A stretch of 58,045 nucleotides of DNA, counting the filler, from Jimgerdemannia flammicorona (Eukaryota): NCBI GenBank assembly GCA_003990765.1. It is 3 parts of 3 records of this genome, joined end to end, with 100 filler letters (N's around TTAATTAATTAA, not from the genome) between each part and the next. Parts side by side here need not be neighbours in the genome. Positions count along the whole stretch, not along the records: positions 1 to 19,284 come from RBNJ01001984.1; 2 more parts are not named here. One strand, 5' to 3'. Positions 1 through 11,622 of this stretch are shown here, piece after piece. A model generated the notes under the pieces. It ran no database searches, was not told the origin of the DNA, and saw only the letters and a program-made list of their open reading frames with translations. Each line of letters opens with the position of its first letter. Positions within the stretch are counted from its first letter, which is position 1. The position numbers and the translations under genes are program-made.

Positions 1-102
1 AAAAAAAAAAAAAAAAAATAGTAAAGATTGAATTTATCCAATCATCCAAGTTATTCCATCATGGATATTTACTGCCTGAACATGACTCTGCACTCTGTAC
101 AG

Positions 103-282
103 ATCTCTTTGAAACTTCCTGATGGGACCGAGATTTGGGATGAAGATATCGATGCTCGCACTGGAAAGAATGCTATGAGTATAGATTATAACAATGTTTA
201 CAAGACCATTGCTACGGTTCATGGCAAAACTGTCTTGGGGGATATTCCAGGTACAGCCACCTGGATCCATCTGGTCGAATGA
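103..282 (+). CDS. Possible terminal exon of an unidentified gene extending beyond the left edge
   Basis: Acceptor-like ctgtacAG ending at 102, in frame with an open, CpG-containing reading frame (ISLKLPDGTEIWDEDIDARTG...TWIHLVE*). No family recognised. Confidence 0.3.
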   Translation: MSLKLPDGTEIWDEDIDARTGKNAMSIDYNNVYKTIATVHGKTVLGDIPGTATWIHLVE

Positions 283-419
283 AATATTGCTGAGTTCTCC
301 TTTACCCATAATTAAGGGGCTTAAGCTCGAGCATTAAAGCTTTTTTGTATTTGAAATAGCTATGTTGTTTAAACAAGTATTCAACATAACAGAAGAGATA
401 TAATAAATATCATGACTGA

Positions 420-479
<60 letters not shown>

Positions 480-483
<4 letters not shown>

Positions 484-2996
484 ATTTATCTCTTGGTTGA
501 TCTGGTTGGCTTTTCCAATCTTCATCTTCCTCTGGTTCTGAAAGGTAGGGATGGTAGTTTTCTTCTCCAGATATTTCAAAGTATACTTAATCTAGTGAAG
601 TTACTTGAGTTATGACAGTAGTAATATAATCACTTCTGCCTAAATTTCTCCTATAGATTAGAGTCTGGTATTCTTTAGGAAAGTCTTCTGCTAGTTCTAG
701 ACTTTGAGTGGAAATGGGCTCAGGTTGTCCTCTAAGTCTTCTTCTTTCTCTCAAGGTTAAACCATAGTCTGGGTCACTTCTTTCTTCTGATTTAGTTGTT
801 TAGTTATTAGTTCTGAACAGAGTGAGGGCTGTTCTGACAATAGTGTGAGCTTCTTCTTCTGAGGAGGGCAGTTATTGGCCCTGGTCTTATTGCTGACTAG
901 TTTCTCCTGAATTCTCCACTATCAATGACTGCTGGGTTCTTAAGCCAAATGGTCAAGTCTTTAGAAAACTTTCTCAGTTAAGTCTACAAAATATGATGTA
1001 TAATATGTATATCCTGCTTATAGAATGTACTACTTAATATACTACTTAGTTATCCTATATACTGTTTATCTTTTTATCTGGCTCAATATTCAGTTTAACT
1101 GCTGTTTGATTTGTTCATGTTTCTTCTTCACATCAAGTTGGAGTTTATGTATCATTGAAGTTTATATATCATGAGTTATTGGTCATATGACTAGATGTTT
1201 GGAATAGCAAAAGGTAAAAGTATATATGTTGTAGGTTCTGGTATACTGATAGTTATTCTGATGTTCTTAGTAAAGTTTCTTAGTAAGTTAGCAATCTTGT
1301 ATCTTGAATTTCATATAGTCTGAGGTCTTGTATCTGATTTCTATAGTGATAGTTCTTAATTAATTGACTTATATCTTTTTAATAATTTTTGTAGTAGCAG
1401 CAATTCATATTTTAAGTTTTATAATAATTTTCATATCAATTTCTGAGATGGTAAGAGTAATCTCTTAACTCTTAGAGATAGTGTGTTTCTCTGTAAATTC
1501 TTTTTACTTCAAACTATCTGACTGAGATTTATTCACTCTTGTCTTTAGGAGTATTTATATATATTTCTACTATACTCTAGTAGTATGGTCTGAATATACT
1601 ATTGATTTACCAGTGATAGTATATTAGTGGCAAAGACTATACTAATAGAAAACTCTTATTCTGTACTACTGATAAAGAATGTTTAGATAATAGAAGGAGC
1701 TATTCTATATTTAGCTAAACTATAATACACTTATATGGAGAGTAGTACTAACTAAATTAGATAAGACTGAAATATCTTTGTTCTGTTCCACTGATAAAAA
1801 ATGTTGATCTTTATCTTAAAAGATATAGTATTCTTTGCCAGTAGTAAGCAAATCACCTTGTTGAATTGTGACTTCATTATACTACTTTTCAAAGAGGAGA
1901 AGTACTGGTCAAGAGATGAGGGGATAGAATAGTGACCAATCATCTTCAATGATATTTTCTAACTCTTACACAGCTTGAAGATGAACTAAAGACTGGTAGA
2001 TTCTTTATTATTCTTCTTTTTGAGATTTATCAGTTTGGGCATCTTGAGATACTATAGTAGTTTTAATGACAGAGTCTTAGTGTTCTTCTTCTTCTTAGAC
2101 AGAAGCTTCTGAGACTTCTTAGTTTGGTTTTCATATAATATGATGTAATATATAACTAATAGAGTAGTGAGTGGTTATGGTAACTTCTATAGATATTTTA
2201 ATAATAATAGATGGTCTTTTGAAGATTTCCATGAGACTTACTAAATAGTTTTAATGATTGTCTCAGAGAGAGGTAGTATGGAAGCCTGATAGAGTGGGTT
2301 CAGTTTGTTGACTTTCTATAGTAATATGATTACTCCTGATGTAATCAGTAACTTCAGCTTCCATCCAATTGACTTCTTCAGTAGTAAGATAGACTATGTT
2401 TCTAACAATAACTCCTTATAAGTGAGCTATAGCCTAGAGTATATAGTGGAAGATTTTGTAAACATAAAGAGCTCTCTTGATCAGCTAGTTAGTGATTAAT
2501 AGTTCAGCAATAAGGTCTTTCTGATTGTCTTCTTGGGCTTCATTATAGAGATAATATCTAATTTCATAGTCATACTAGAGGGTCATTTAGTCAGTAGTAT
2601 TCTTGAGCTGCTGGGTTATTATATAGTAATAGTTGATGAAATGTCCAAGATCTTCAATATAGAAGTTCAGATACTCAGTAGTTTCAGGGCATTAGATAGT
2701 CATTTTGATAGCTTTAAAGATAAGACTCTTCAGACTTGATAAAGAAATACTATAGTAGGAGATCTGGTTAGAGTAGTGAAAAGGAGATATTATGTTCTTA
2801 TTTATTCTGATTCTTTTTAATACACTAGGTCTAGGTTTATTAAATAATATAACCTTTATTTTAGCTAGGATTATTATTACTCCTTTTGGTCAGATTGCTT
2901 AATAGATTGAGTAGGTCATTAGATAGTATTATCTGATTATTATATTATAAGATTAGAGTTATCATTAATTAAGATAATCATGAGATCTATTATTAT
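480..2996 (-). mobile_element. Heavily decayed transposon/LTR-retroelement relic
   Basis: Nearly devoid of CpG, TpA-rich, stop-riddled. The minus strand around 1100-1200 (ctagtcatatgacc...atatataaac) loosely resembles the LTR at 24700-24790. No domain confidently readable. Confidence 0.35.
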
Positions 2997-3420
2997 TAGT
3001 ACTCTCAATGAATCAAATCAAATCAAATTTGGTCCAAACTCAATTCAATTCGATTGAATCAAGGGTCCAATTTGATTCAATTTGAATCGAATCAAAGGTC
3101 CAATTCGATTCAAAGTTTGATTCAAACCTTAATTTTCAAAATATAATAACTCAATGAAAACCCATCCAAATTTAACATATTTTAGCTTGTTAGATTCACC
3201 ATATTAATGTGATTCTAATAAGCTAAAGTATGTTAGATTTTGATGAGTTTATGCTGAGTTATTGCATTTTGAAAATTAGGGTTTGAATCAGACCCTCAAT
3301 TCAATTCAACTTTTGATTCGATTTGAATTGATTCAAATTAAAAAATCCCCAATTTGATTCAACTCATTTAACCCTCAATTCAATTTGATTTGAATTGATT
3401 TGACTTATTTGGGAGCACTA
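2997..3420. mobile_element. Foldback MITE, hAT-like (424 bp)
   Basis: Imperfect TIRs (TAGTACTCTCAA... / ...TTGGGAGCACTA), 8-bp TSD attattat/attgttat, subterminal attcaatt/tgaatc repeats, and a long internal palindrome (about 3118-3290). Confidence 0.75.
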
Positions 3421-4194
3421 ATTGTTATTACTTCCTTATTCTAGTATTATTAGTTATACATATATATCACAATATTTATAGCTCTCAAAATTATTAGTAT
3501 TACTCAATAAGTTATAGAAAAATAGTAATATATCAGTAAATCTTTAATTATAGAAAATTTCTTTAATAGTATCTAAAATACAATATATATATATATCTAT
3601 TTTAAATTTCTTACTTTAATATATGTATACTAATATAGAACTGAATTCTATAAGCATTTCAAACTAAACAACTTAGTTATTAATAATTAAATATAAAAAA
3701 AAAATAACTAAATTACTATCTATTAAATCTTCTATCTTATAATTACAAAGTATATCTATAAATTATTTAAGAATAATAAATCAGTATTATTTTATTCTAA
3801 AGATATAATTTTCAGAGACTTTAGATATATATAAAGAAATAGTATTAAGAGAAAATAATGATATTGATTGAGTAGTATAAAATAATCAGAGATATACAAT
3901 CTTAGGAGCTTAAATAAATACTTTAAAAACAAAGATAATCTATTCAGAAGAAAGTTATGACATGTGATCAAAATTAGACAAAAATTAGAAAATAGATATT
4001 TAATTACAATATCTGAATTTGATTCCTGATATAGTATTAGATTAAGATAATAGTTAGCTGTCTTCAATTTTGTAGATACTACATATTTTACACTTGTGAA
4101 ATGGTTTATATTTTACAGTTACTATTTTATACTTGTAAAACAAGTAATTGCTATTTTGTAGTTACAAAATGACTTATTATTTAGCTATTGTATA

Positions 4195-4270
4195 GCTAGC
4201 AAAACTTGTATAAATAACTCCAGAATCATGAGTGAATAAACCTCAGATTGAACCAGTTCAGAAAGAACAA
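4195..4270 (+). repeat. LTR-like remnant
   Basis: tataaataactccaga...gagtgaataaacctcag matches the TATA/poly(A)-signal core of the Gypsy-A LTR at 24733-24775. Confidence 0.35.
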
Positions 4271-4559
4271 GTAGTCTGATAAAGAGACCTTCAGATACCA
4301 CTTTGAGCTTATCCTGCAACTGACTCTGGGGGTCAAGAAGACAAGAAATTTCAAGATAAAGAAATCCGACGTACTTTCCAAGTTAAGCGTCCGCTATGTT
4401 ACATTATACATAAATTTCTTCTGACTAATACTAAAGGATGTGTAAGCGCTTCCTAATCCCGCGCAGAACCCTCCAGATATCTTTTCCCGAGGTGTACGCA
4501 ACCTGAAACCGTGTAGGGACTTCTTCCGTTAATAGCCCAGGCCACCGTTCCCCAAACTT

Positions 4560-5160
4560 CTTACAAAACAAATCTCATCTTCGCTCAAGCCACACTACTC
4601 ATCTCCCCACCCTGGCGACTTCGCGCACTTCGCCCATTCAAACTATGTACTTGGACATTTCACCTCTTTCTCGCTGAAGTTATTGCTACCGTACAAACTG
4701 TAAGAATTCTTTATATTACATAGAAAGCAGCTCTTCGAAATGTGTGAATCTTCCTCACTTTACCCCCATGCACTAATGTCAGGCTCGAATGTTGGCCACC
4801 GTAACCCAACCGCCTACTATTCTAAAATATTTCACGATGGGGTTAATCGCTCATACGTCAATGTTGCCAGATAATTTTCCAACTGTAGATTTATGTTCGG
4901 CACGCATTGTCATCATTCCAATTAAAAAAACGGGAAGAGTTAAATCGTGCGATTGTACCTGATACCTATACGCCTCGGGTTAGAATATCAATAGTCTGCT
5001 GGATTTCGCGATAGAGGGACATGTGACAAAAAGGTATATTCCCAAGGGAGTGATGAGAGCCATCTAAAGCGGTTTTGTGATATATAATTGATGAGAATAT
5101 GGAAAGAAGGGCAGAGTTTTCTAAATCATATTTCGAAAAATAAAGTGGCCGAAATAAAAT
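4560..5160. repeat. Flank duplicated at about 16260-16730 (part of the segmental duplication)
   Basis: Shared blocks tcttcgctcaagccacac, tattgctaccg, tttatattacatagaaa, tattctaaaatat, ctcgggttagaat, gatgaga.gccatctaaa, ggccgaaataaaa. Confidence 0.75.
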
Positions 5161-5477
5161 TGTTGAAACTTGTGGATCATAAACGTCAAGTATAAAAATA
5201 CAAGAGTACGATGGGAAAAGCGAGAATTAAATTTTACCAACTTGAAACATAATATATAAACTAGCAAGGGTTGCACAAGTCCCGCAGATGGAGGATAGCT
5301 CACCAAAAAAAACCCCTTCTGAATCGCAGTGGACACATGAAACCATATCCGCACAGCGTTTCGTAATCAATTTTGAGAAATTATCGTACCAAATATTTAA
5401 TTTCATTCTTATACTGAAAGTACAAATTTGCTATAAGCAGACTATGGTAGTTACAAACTTGCTGTAAATACTATAAG

Positions 5478-6738
5478 CTACAAAAATATAGCATGATCAG
5501 AAGATGGTGGAACAGCAATCCATACTTTAGATTTCCAGTGTATCGCGCCCTTTTCATCGGTATAACAAATGCCAGGAAAGCAGACAACTTGCTTTTCTGA
5601 CGAAGTAAATCTAATCTCAAATGATTTCCCATTGTTCCTGTTGTATGTAGATGAGATGGCCGATTTTCGGTCACACAAGATGAGCTTACCAGAGACTTCG
5701 ATCATATCGTCGACTAGTGCGTCAAATTGTTTTTGCGCCCCATCATGTTGATTGATCTTCAGGAAACTTTCTCGAAGATCTAAAAATGGTTTCTGCTTGG
5801 ATGCTTTTTCATGTATTTGCTCTCTGAGATCTTGTTCGAGCATCTTGTAATTTGACTGCAGTACACCTATAACGAACTGTATGTTGGTTGGAGATACCTT
5901 TACGTCGAACATGGATTCACGGATGGTTTCGATTCGGCTCTTGATGATATTCTGAGTCGCACCGAACACACCCGTCATATTAATGGACAATAGTTCGCCG
6001 TTCTTGGCATTATCCTCGAAGAGAAACAGGCTAAGCCATCGTTGTCTATGGTCATAGAAGATATCATACATATATATATATTTAAAATGCTGGAAATTAA
6101 ATAAAAAAGCAATGGGAAAAAAAGCTAGTAACGTACTTACCGAAGACTATCAAATTTTTTCAACACAACGCTAAGATTCCAGGCTTCGAAATCAGTTCCA
6201 ATAACAGTTACACGCAATCTGTCTCTGTCTTCCTTTAAGATATCGTTATCCTTCCGCAACTGGCTGGCCTCACTCCGCAATCTGCCGGCCTCACTCCGCC
6301 AATGCTGAACCTCCTTCTGCAACTGCTTAATATCCTTCAGAGCTTCGGAATAGTCATGCTAGTTCATAATGAAGTTACTTACAATAAGTACTTATCCCAC
6401 AAATTAGAAATTTCTGTCAATGTCAATTTTTAGAAGAACTCGTACTTTCGAAATTTATGTTTTTGTTAACCTACCTCTAGTCTCTCCCTACGTTCAGTTT
6501 CATCCCCATATCCTATGGCGACATTTTTCAGAAATTTTACAACCTCGTCCATTTTATCACGTGTTGACGCGGCAGTAATAGTATTGTCTTGAACTTCAAC
6601 TACTAGCTTTTGAGGCTCGCTAATGTTGCAAAGAATATTAAGATATCTGTAAGTAATGGAGTGACGATAAGCAACACAATGAATGAACTCCACTTACGCG
6701 ACTTGCGGAGAGCTTCTTTGATTAGATGAATGCTGCAT
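5478..6738 (-). CDS. Coiled-coil Hsp70-partner protein, copy 1 (323 aa; C-terminus Mieap/GIL1/GrpE-head-like)
   Basis: Exons 6738-6698, 6619-6475, 6358-6141 and 6045-5478 (972 nt, in frame, GT-AG introns with phases conserved in all three copies). Heptad segment HDYSEALKDIKQLQKEV...LKEDRDRLR; C-terminus VVCFPGI...WKSKVW. The gene model is well supported; the family assignment is inference. Confidence 0.85.
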
Positions 6739-7301
6739 CTTTTCAATATACTTCAGTCCTCCACGACATATATCTATTTATGTGCCGGATTTCAGCCTAA
6801 ATGCAACAGCCCCAAAGACAACCTATTTCAGTTGTTATCGCTTATTGTGCCAAGTCTTGTGAATTAATTATAAGAAAGCTTCTATGAGGAAGAACTTTGT
6901 ACCACACGGGTTCCTATGAGAATTTCAACTTTATTAGCACAAACACTTTGTAATCACATTATGCAATCTTTCGAATCTGATGACTGACCATGGCAGTACA
7001 CATCCGAGCTTTTAGGCATTTGTGTTCCAGATTCTGCACGGTAAGGTTCGCATGAATGCATATTATGCATTATGCCAATCTTTACCTTTGGGGCTCTGGC
7101 AATAATCTCTCGCTCAATGAATTTAGTATATAGTGACGACTGTTTGTGTTCCGTGCTCAAAAATCCCAAGAGTGGGGTAAAATCCTCCGCATCCGTGGTC
7201 ATGTATATATATATGTAACAATAAATTGTCCATGCCTAGTTAGGACCACCATATGTTTAAAATCAAATTATAATCTCAGTCTCATTCATACTTTTACGAA
7301 A
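6739..7301. promoter_or_regulatory. Bidirectional promoter region, unit 1
   Basis: 563 bp between divergent start codons, with motif blocks conserved in units 2 and 3. Confidence 0.6.
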
Positions 7302-9502
7302 ATGCCTCGCAAGACTAAAGCCAAGAACACCACCACAGTGAAAAACACCACTACAGTCAAGAGCACCACTGCAGTCAACGCCACCACTGGTGTTTTCCGC
7401 AATATACTCAAGCCGAAAACTTATGGCTTTATCTGTGCCATAGATTTTGGTACAAGTGGTACGGGGTTCTGTTATGCAGTCTCTAATAATGGCACAATAG
7501 ATGACAAACGAGACATTATCCCGAACCCTGACTGGCATGTATTGTTAATTTTGAAGTTGCGTTTAAGTTATCCGCTTTCAGATTCGCTAACTAATATTTC
7601 TTTCTTGTTAGGCCGGGTAACCAAGAGCGTGGCAAAACGAATACCTCCATCATCCTTGATAAGACAACCAATGCCTGTATCAAATTTGGCACGGAAGCCA
7701 AATATGCCGCCCGCGACTACGCTTTCAACGAAAGCGACAGATTCTTTGAGCTGTTCAAGATGCAGTTATATGAGCATATTCCAGGCACCCCTTTTATCGT
7801 TAAGGACGCGGCAAGCGATGGAATCGATGCTATGATTGTTTTCAGAGAATCATTACGCTTTATAAAAAAAGGTATTGCTTTATATATATATATAAACGAA
7901 AATCTACGACGTGTATGTAAACTGTCTGCTAATTTTATCGAAATTAGTATTTTTTGAACACCTCAGAAGGAAAAACGTTTCCTGCTCTGAGATGGACGTC
8001 TTCTGGGTGTTGACCATTCCTGCAATTTGGGACGACGCCGCCAAGTTACTAATGCGTAAAGCTGCCGTGGCTGCTGAACTGGAGAAAGAAGACGGTCAAC
8101 TGGTACTCGCATTGGAGCCGGAAGCTGCATCTCTCTGGTGCCTCGCAAGTGGAGGAATCTCTTTGAAAAAAAAAGATGTCTATATGGTCGTCGATTGCGG
8201 TGGCGGTACTGTGGATATCACGATCCATGAAGTAGAGCGAGCGGACGAGCGATGCCCACGGGTGAAAGAAGGTATGTATAGTGGTGTCTGTTTTGTATTC
8301 ATTATGTGATTTTTTTTGGCATGTCTAAATTTGAGGTGAATCTTTTAATTCACCAGTTGCGCCTGCCAGTGGTGGAGCCTGGGGATCAACCAGCATTGAT
8401 CGTTGTGTGTTCAAATTGTTTGAAGACGTTTTTGGACGCAACCGATACAATCAAATGATGAAAGATTCCCTTGGTCATATACAACTTCAGGATGACGTTG
8501 AGAGAGCCAAATGCTCGTTTAACGGCGAAATCAATCCTGTCATCCAACTTCCTGATTCACTCTTGAATTCGACGAAGAATGATTTGGACACACCAAACCA
8601 AGCTGTCAGCAATTACAACCGAATAAATCAGGCAAGGCTTCAGTTGAAAGGTAAGCTATTTCATAGTATGCATATGTATTGACCATTTACTTTTTTTCTT
8701 CTTCTATTTATGTTCTGACATTGTATATGCATTCTACAGGATCAAACCTTCTAATTCCAGCGGCGATATTCTCGGAAATCTTCAGTTCTGCGATACGCTC
8801 GATCTTAAATCACGTGAATGACCTCTTGGTGAAATATGTCAACGTCAAATACGTCGTGATGGTGGGAAACTTTACCAACTGCATTCCATTACAAAAGCAA
8901 ATGGAGACTCTTTTGGACACATTCAAAATCAAGTTAATTATCCCAGATCAACCGGGCGATGCAATTATGAAAGGTGCTGTAATCTATGGGTTAGATTCCT
9001 CTTCTGTTACCTCCCGACGTGCCAGGAAAACCTATGGTGTGAGTGTGTTTGAAAGTTTTAACGATATGAAGCACCCCATAGAGCGGCTTGTGATCAGAGA
9101 TGGAAAGAGGTCTTGCGCAGGTGTGTTTGACCCATTTGTAAAAAAGAATCAGATAATTCCTTCGGGCCATATTGTGGAGCGTATATACCAGAAGGGGGAT
9201 AATCAACAAACAGAGATGGTAATACGGATTTTAGTCTCCGACGAAGACGAATTTCCACAATTTTCCGATCACTACTCTGTAAAGGTTATCGGAATACATT
9301 CAATCAACATTCCAATGAAAGGAACCGGAAGGTAAGATTTTATTAATTTTTTTATCATTTATTTCGTTTGAGTGACCTGACTTTAATACAATCTCGTTCG
9401 TCTAGAATTACTACGGGAATGCTATTTGGCAACACAGAACTTCGTTGCAAAAGTGTAAATGAGCTGGGCGAGGAAGTGGAAACCGCTTTGGTTTTGACAT
9501 GA
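7302..9502 (+). CDS. Atypical Hsp70 family protein (HSPA12-like), copy 1, 599 aa
   Basis: Exons 7302-7534, 7612-7871, 7948-8271, 8357-8650, 8740-9331 and 9406-9502 (1800 nt, in frame). Motifs AIDFGTSGTG, FKMQL, WVLTIPAIW, LALEPEAAS, VVDCGGGTVD, SGGAWGSTSID, SRRARKTYG and FGNTEL. No EEVD tail or helical lid. Confidence 0.93.
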
Positions 9503-11622
9503 ATGTTCGAGCTCGGTGGCGATGTTGTACATATAAATAGTCTGCAATAAATTGTCGGCACCCGACTGTAAATCATTTTTACTATGTAAAGTGTGCTCAA
9601 GTATCTGATATTTATTTAAAAAGAAAACCGCCCCCTTTTTTTTTTGTGTTCTCTCTGGTTCGAATCGTTGGTCTGCATAGAAACCAACCCTAAATTTCAA
9701 TATCGTTATATCGTTTATTCTGATGCCACAACAAAGCTGCAAAAGTATATACTCCGCCAAGGAGTACCAATCCGGGAATTTTCAAGTCATCATCTCCGTT
9801 CCACTTGTAATAGACTAATATGGATGTGGTTGGTGCACATGATAGTGTGAGATCGAACCTGCTCGCGTCACTAAACTCCAACCAAATAATGCAAATAATG
9901 GGGGAGTTTCACATCCGTCTGTCAAACATTACAGGCTAAAAGGCAGTCGGTCGGGTTACCCATCATTTTTGCCACCTCGCAGGCTGGGCGTTATTCCGAA
10001 AGTAGCAGTAAGATCTGAGAAATATTCTATCTCCGATTTCGAACCGCAGTCTATTCACACACCCACGTATCCACTATAGGGTCAGTGCAGGGTCCTGTGC
10101 GTTTGGTATGCCCCAAGCGCAATGGGCTCTCCATTTTCAAACATCGGAACGTATATTTTCGTGAGAGCTATTTGTATGACATAATTAGAACCAGCGCGGC
10201 TTCCGAGACAACAGCCTTCTGGTCATGCGACCGCATGGTATGGGGGTTTGTAACCTTGTTTTTATTTTTGTGTGTATAGAATAAACAAATGTGTGGCTCA
10301 CGATGTTGTGTTATAAATCGCGGGTACGCATTCAACAATAATTGTATATATAATTATATATGCCATGTTTGAAAAGGACACGTCCTCATAATATAAACAC
10401 TATACTAAGGATCATAATGGTGTAAATACAGGAATTGGCACAAAACCTCAACCATGTATGATCTATTGTACAAACATTGCGACCATTTTTATCATCATTC
10501 ACAATTATGTTGACACGGTAAGGCCTATTGTGCATTAAATGCTAACACCTTCACTGTGCTGGTACCCTGCATAGTTTCGTCATGTTCCAAATAACAAAAT
10601 GGGCATAGTTTGATAGACAGGAGAGCTCTGATGCCTTTTCTGTGTAAACGAGGGAAACGCCCACTGGTGGAGGCTGAGGGTTTCGACCCCCTTGGAAACA
10701 TAGAACTGGTTGAATTTGTAACCGAAGGGAATGTTGGAAGCTTGGGATTGGCTGTACGCCGGTAAGAAATGGTATTTCGTATGTCATCTGGAGGTGAAAT
10801 GGCGAGCAAACTATCACAGGTCAGACGTCGCTCACCTAACTGAGGATCACGCAAGCGAGAGCATTAGGAGGGGAGTGGGTGTCAAAATACCTTATATGGT
10901 GCGGAATGTATAGGACGGAGGCAAGCGCTTGTGATGAAATGTGATGATCTCAATAAAAACAATAAAAATAAAAATAAAAAAAAGATCAATAAAAACACTA
11001 TGGAAAACGAATACATAGGCGCGATGGGAGTTGGTTGTTCGGTGAAAACCCACTTGTAAGGGAGAAGATATAGATGACAGAAAGTGGGAGAAAAAGATAG
11101 ATTGAGGAGATGTAGGTTTGTGTAGCGTAGAATACAGGTATTTAGCGAGCAAAGGCTGCAGGGAGTTTATTTTTTTCCCTTTCCCCCTTTTCCCTCTTCT
11201 CCGGCTAACCCATCCTATGCGATTGTACCTGGTGGCTTTGGCAAATCTCTGCAGCAAAGGTATAACCTAGTAAGGGTCGCCCAGGCCTGAGGGTGGAGTA
11301 TAGCCCGCTAGATTACAAAAAATAAAAAAAAAAAGTCTCTGGATCGCAGAGAACCAAATAGACACAGATTTAACCGTATAAAAAAGACCTTGGCACCGTA
11401 CATTGAGTACTATTCAGTATCTGCGTCATACATTTAAATACATGTATGTACCAAGTGTATCATATTGTGATGTGATTTATGATGCGTGGCCATTTGTGCT
11501 TGCACAGAACCGATCAAACAAAGTAGCGCTCAGCCACCGAAACAGTATATATTTTCAATCCTAAACTGAATGTACAAACAGGCTATACTGGTTACAACCT
11601 GAATAAAAACTTGACTACAAAA

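Noticed and set aside
334..579. Poly-Phe ORF, and the poly-Lys ORF at 45785-45979
   Set aside because: Translations of poly(A)/poly(T) tracts.
3005..3125. Short interspersed repeats resembling a CRISPR array
   Set aside because: Subterminal repeats of a MITE; no constant repeat/unique spacer structure, and the context is eukaryotic.
6046..6090. ORF-track start MYDIFYDH and the cAG at 6090 as the last-exon acceptor of the partner gene
   Set aside because: That acceptor gives frameshifts or stops in the paralogues; catAG at 6046-6047 is in frame in all three copies.
6872..6895. Possible heat-shock element (GAAagcTTC...GAA)
   Set aside because: Spacing does not fit nGAAnnTTCn and it is not conserved in unit 2.
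9815..11265. Several short ORFs in the unit 1-2 spacer
   Set aside because: No recognisable motifs, no consistent splice model, and not conserved in the other spacer.
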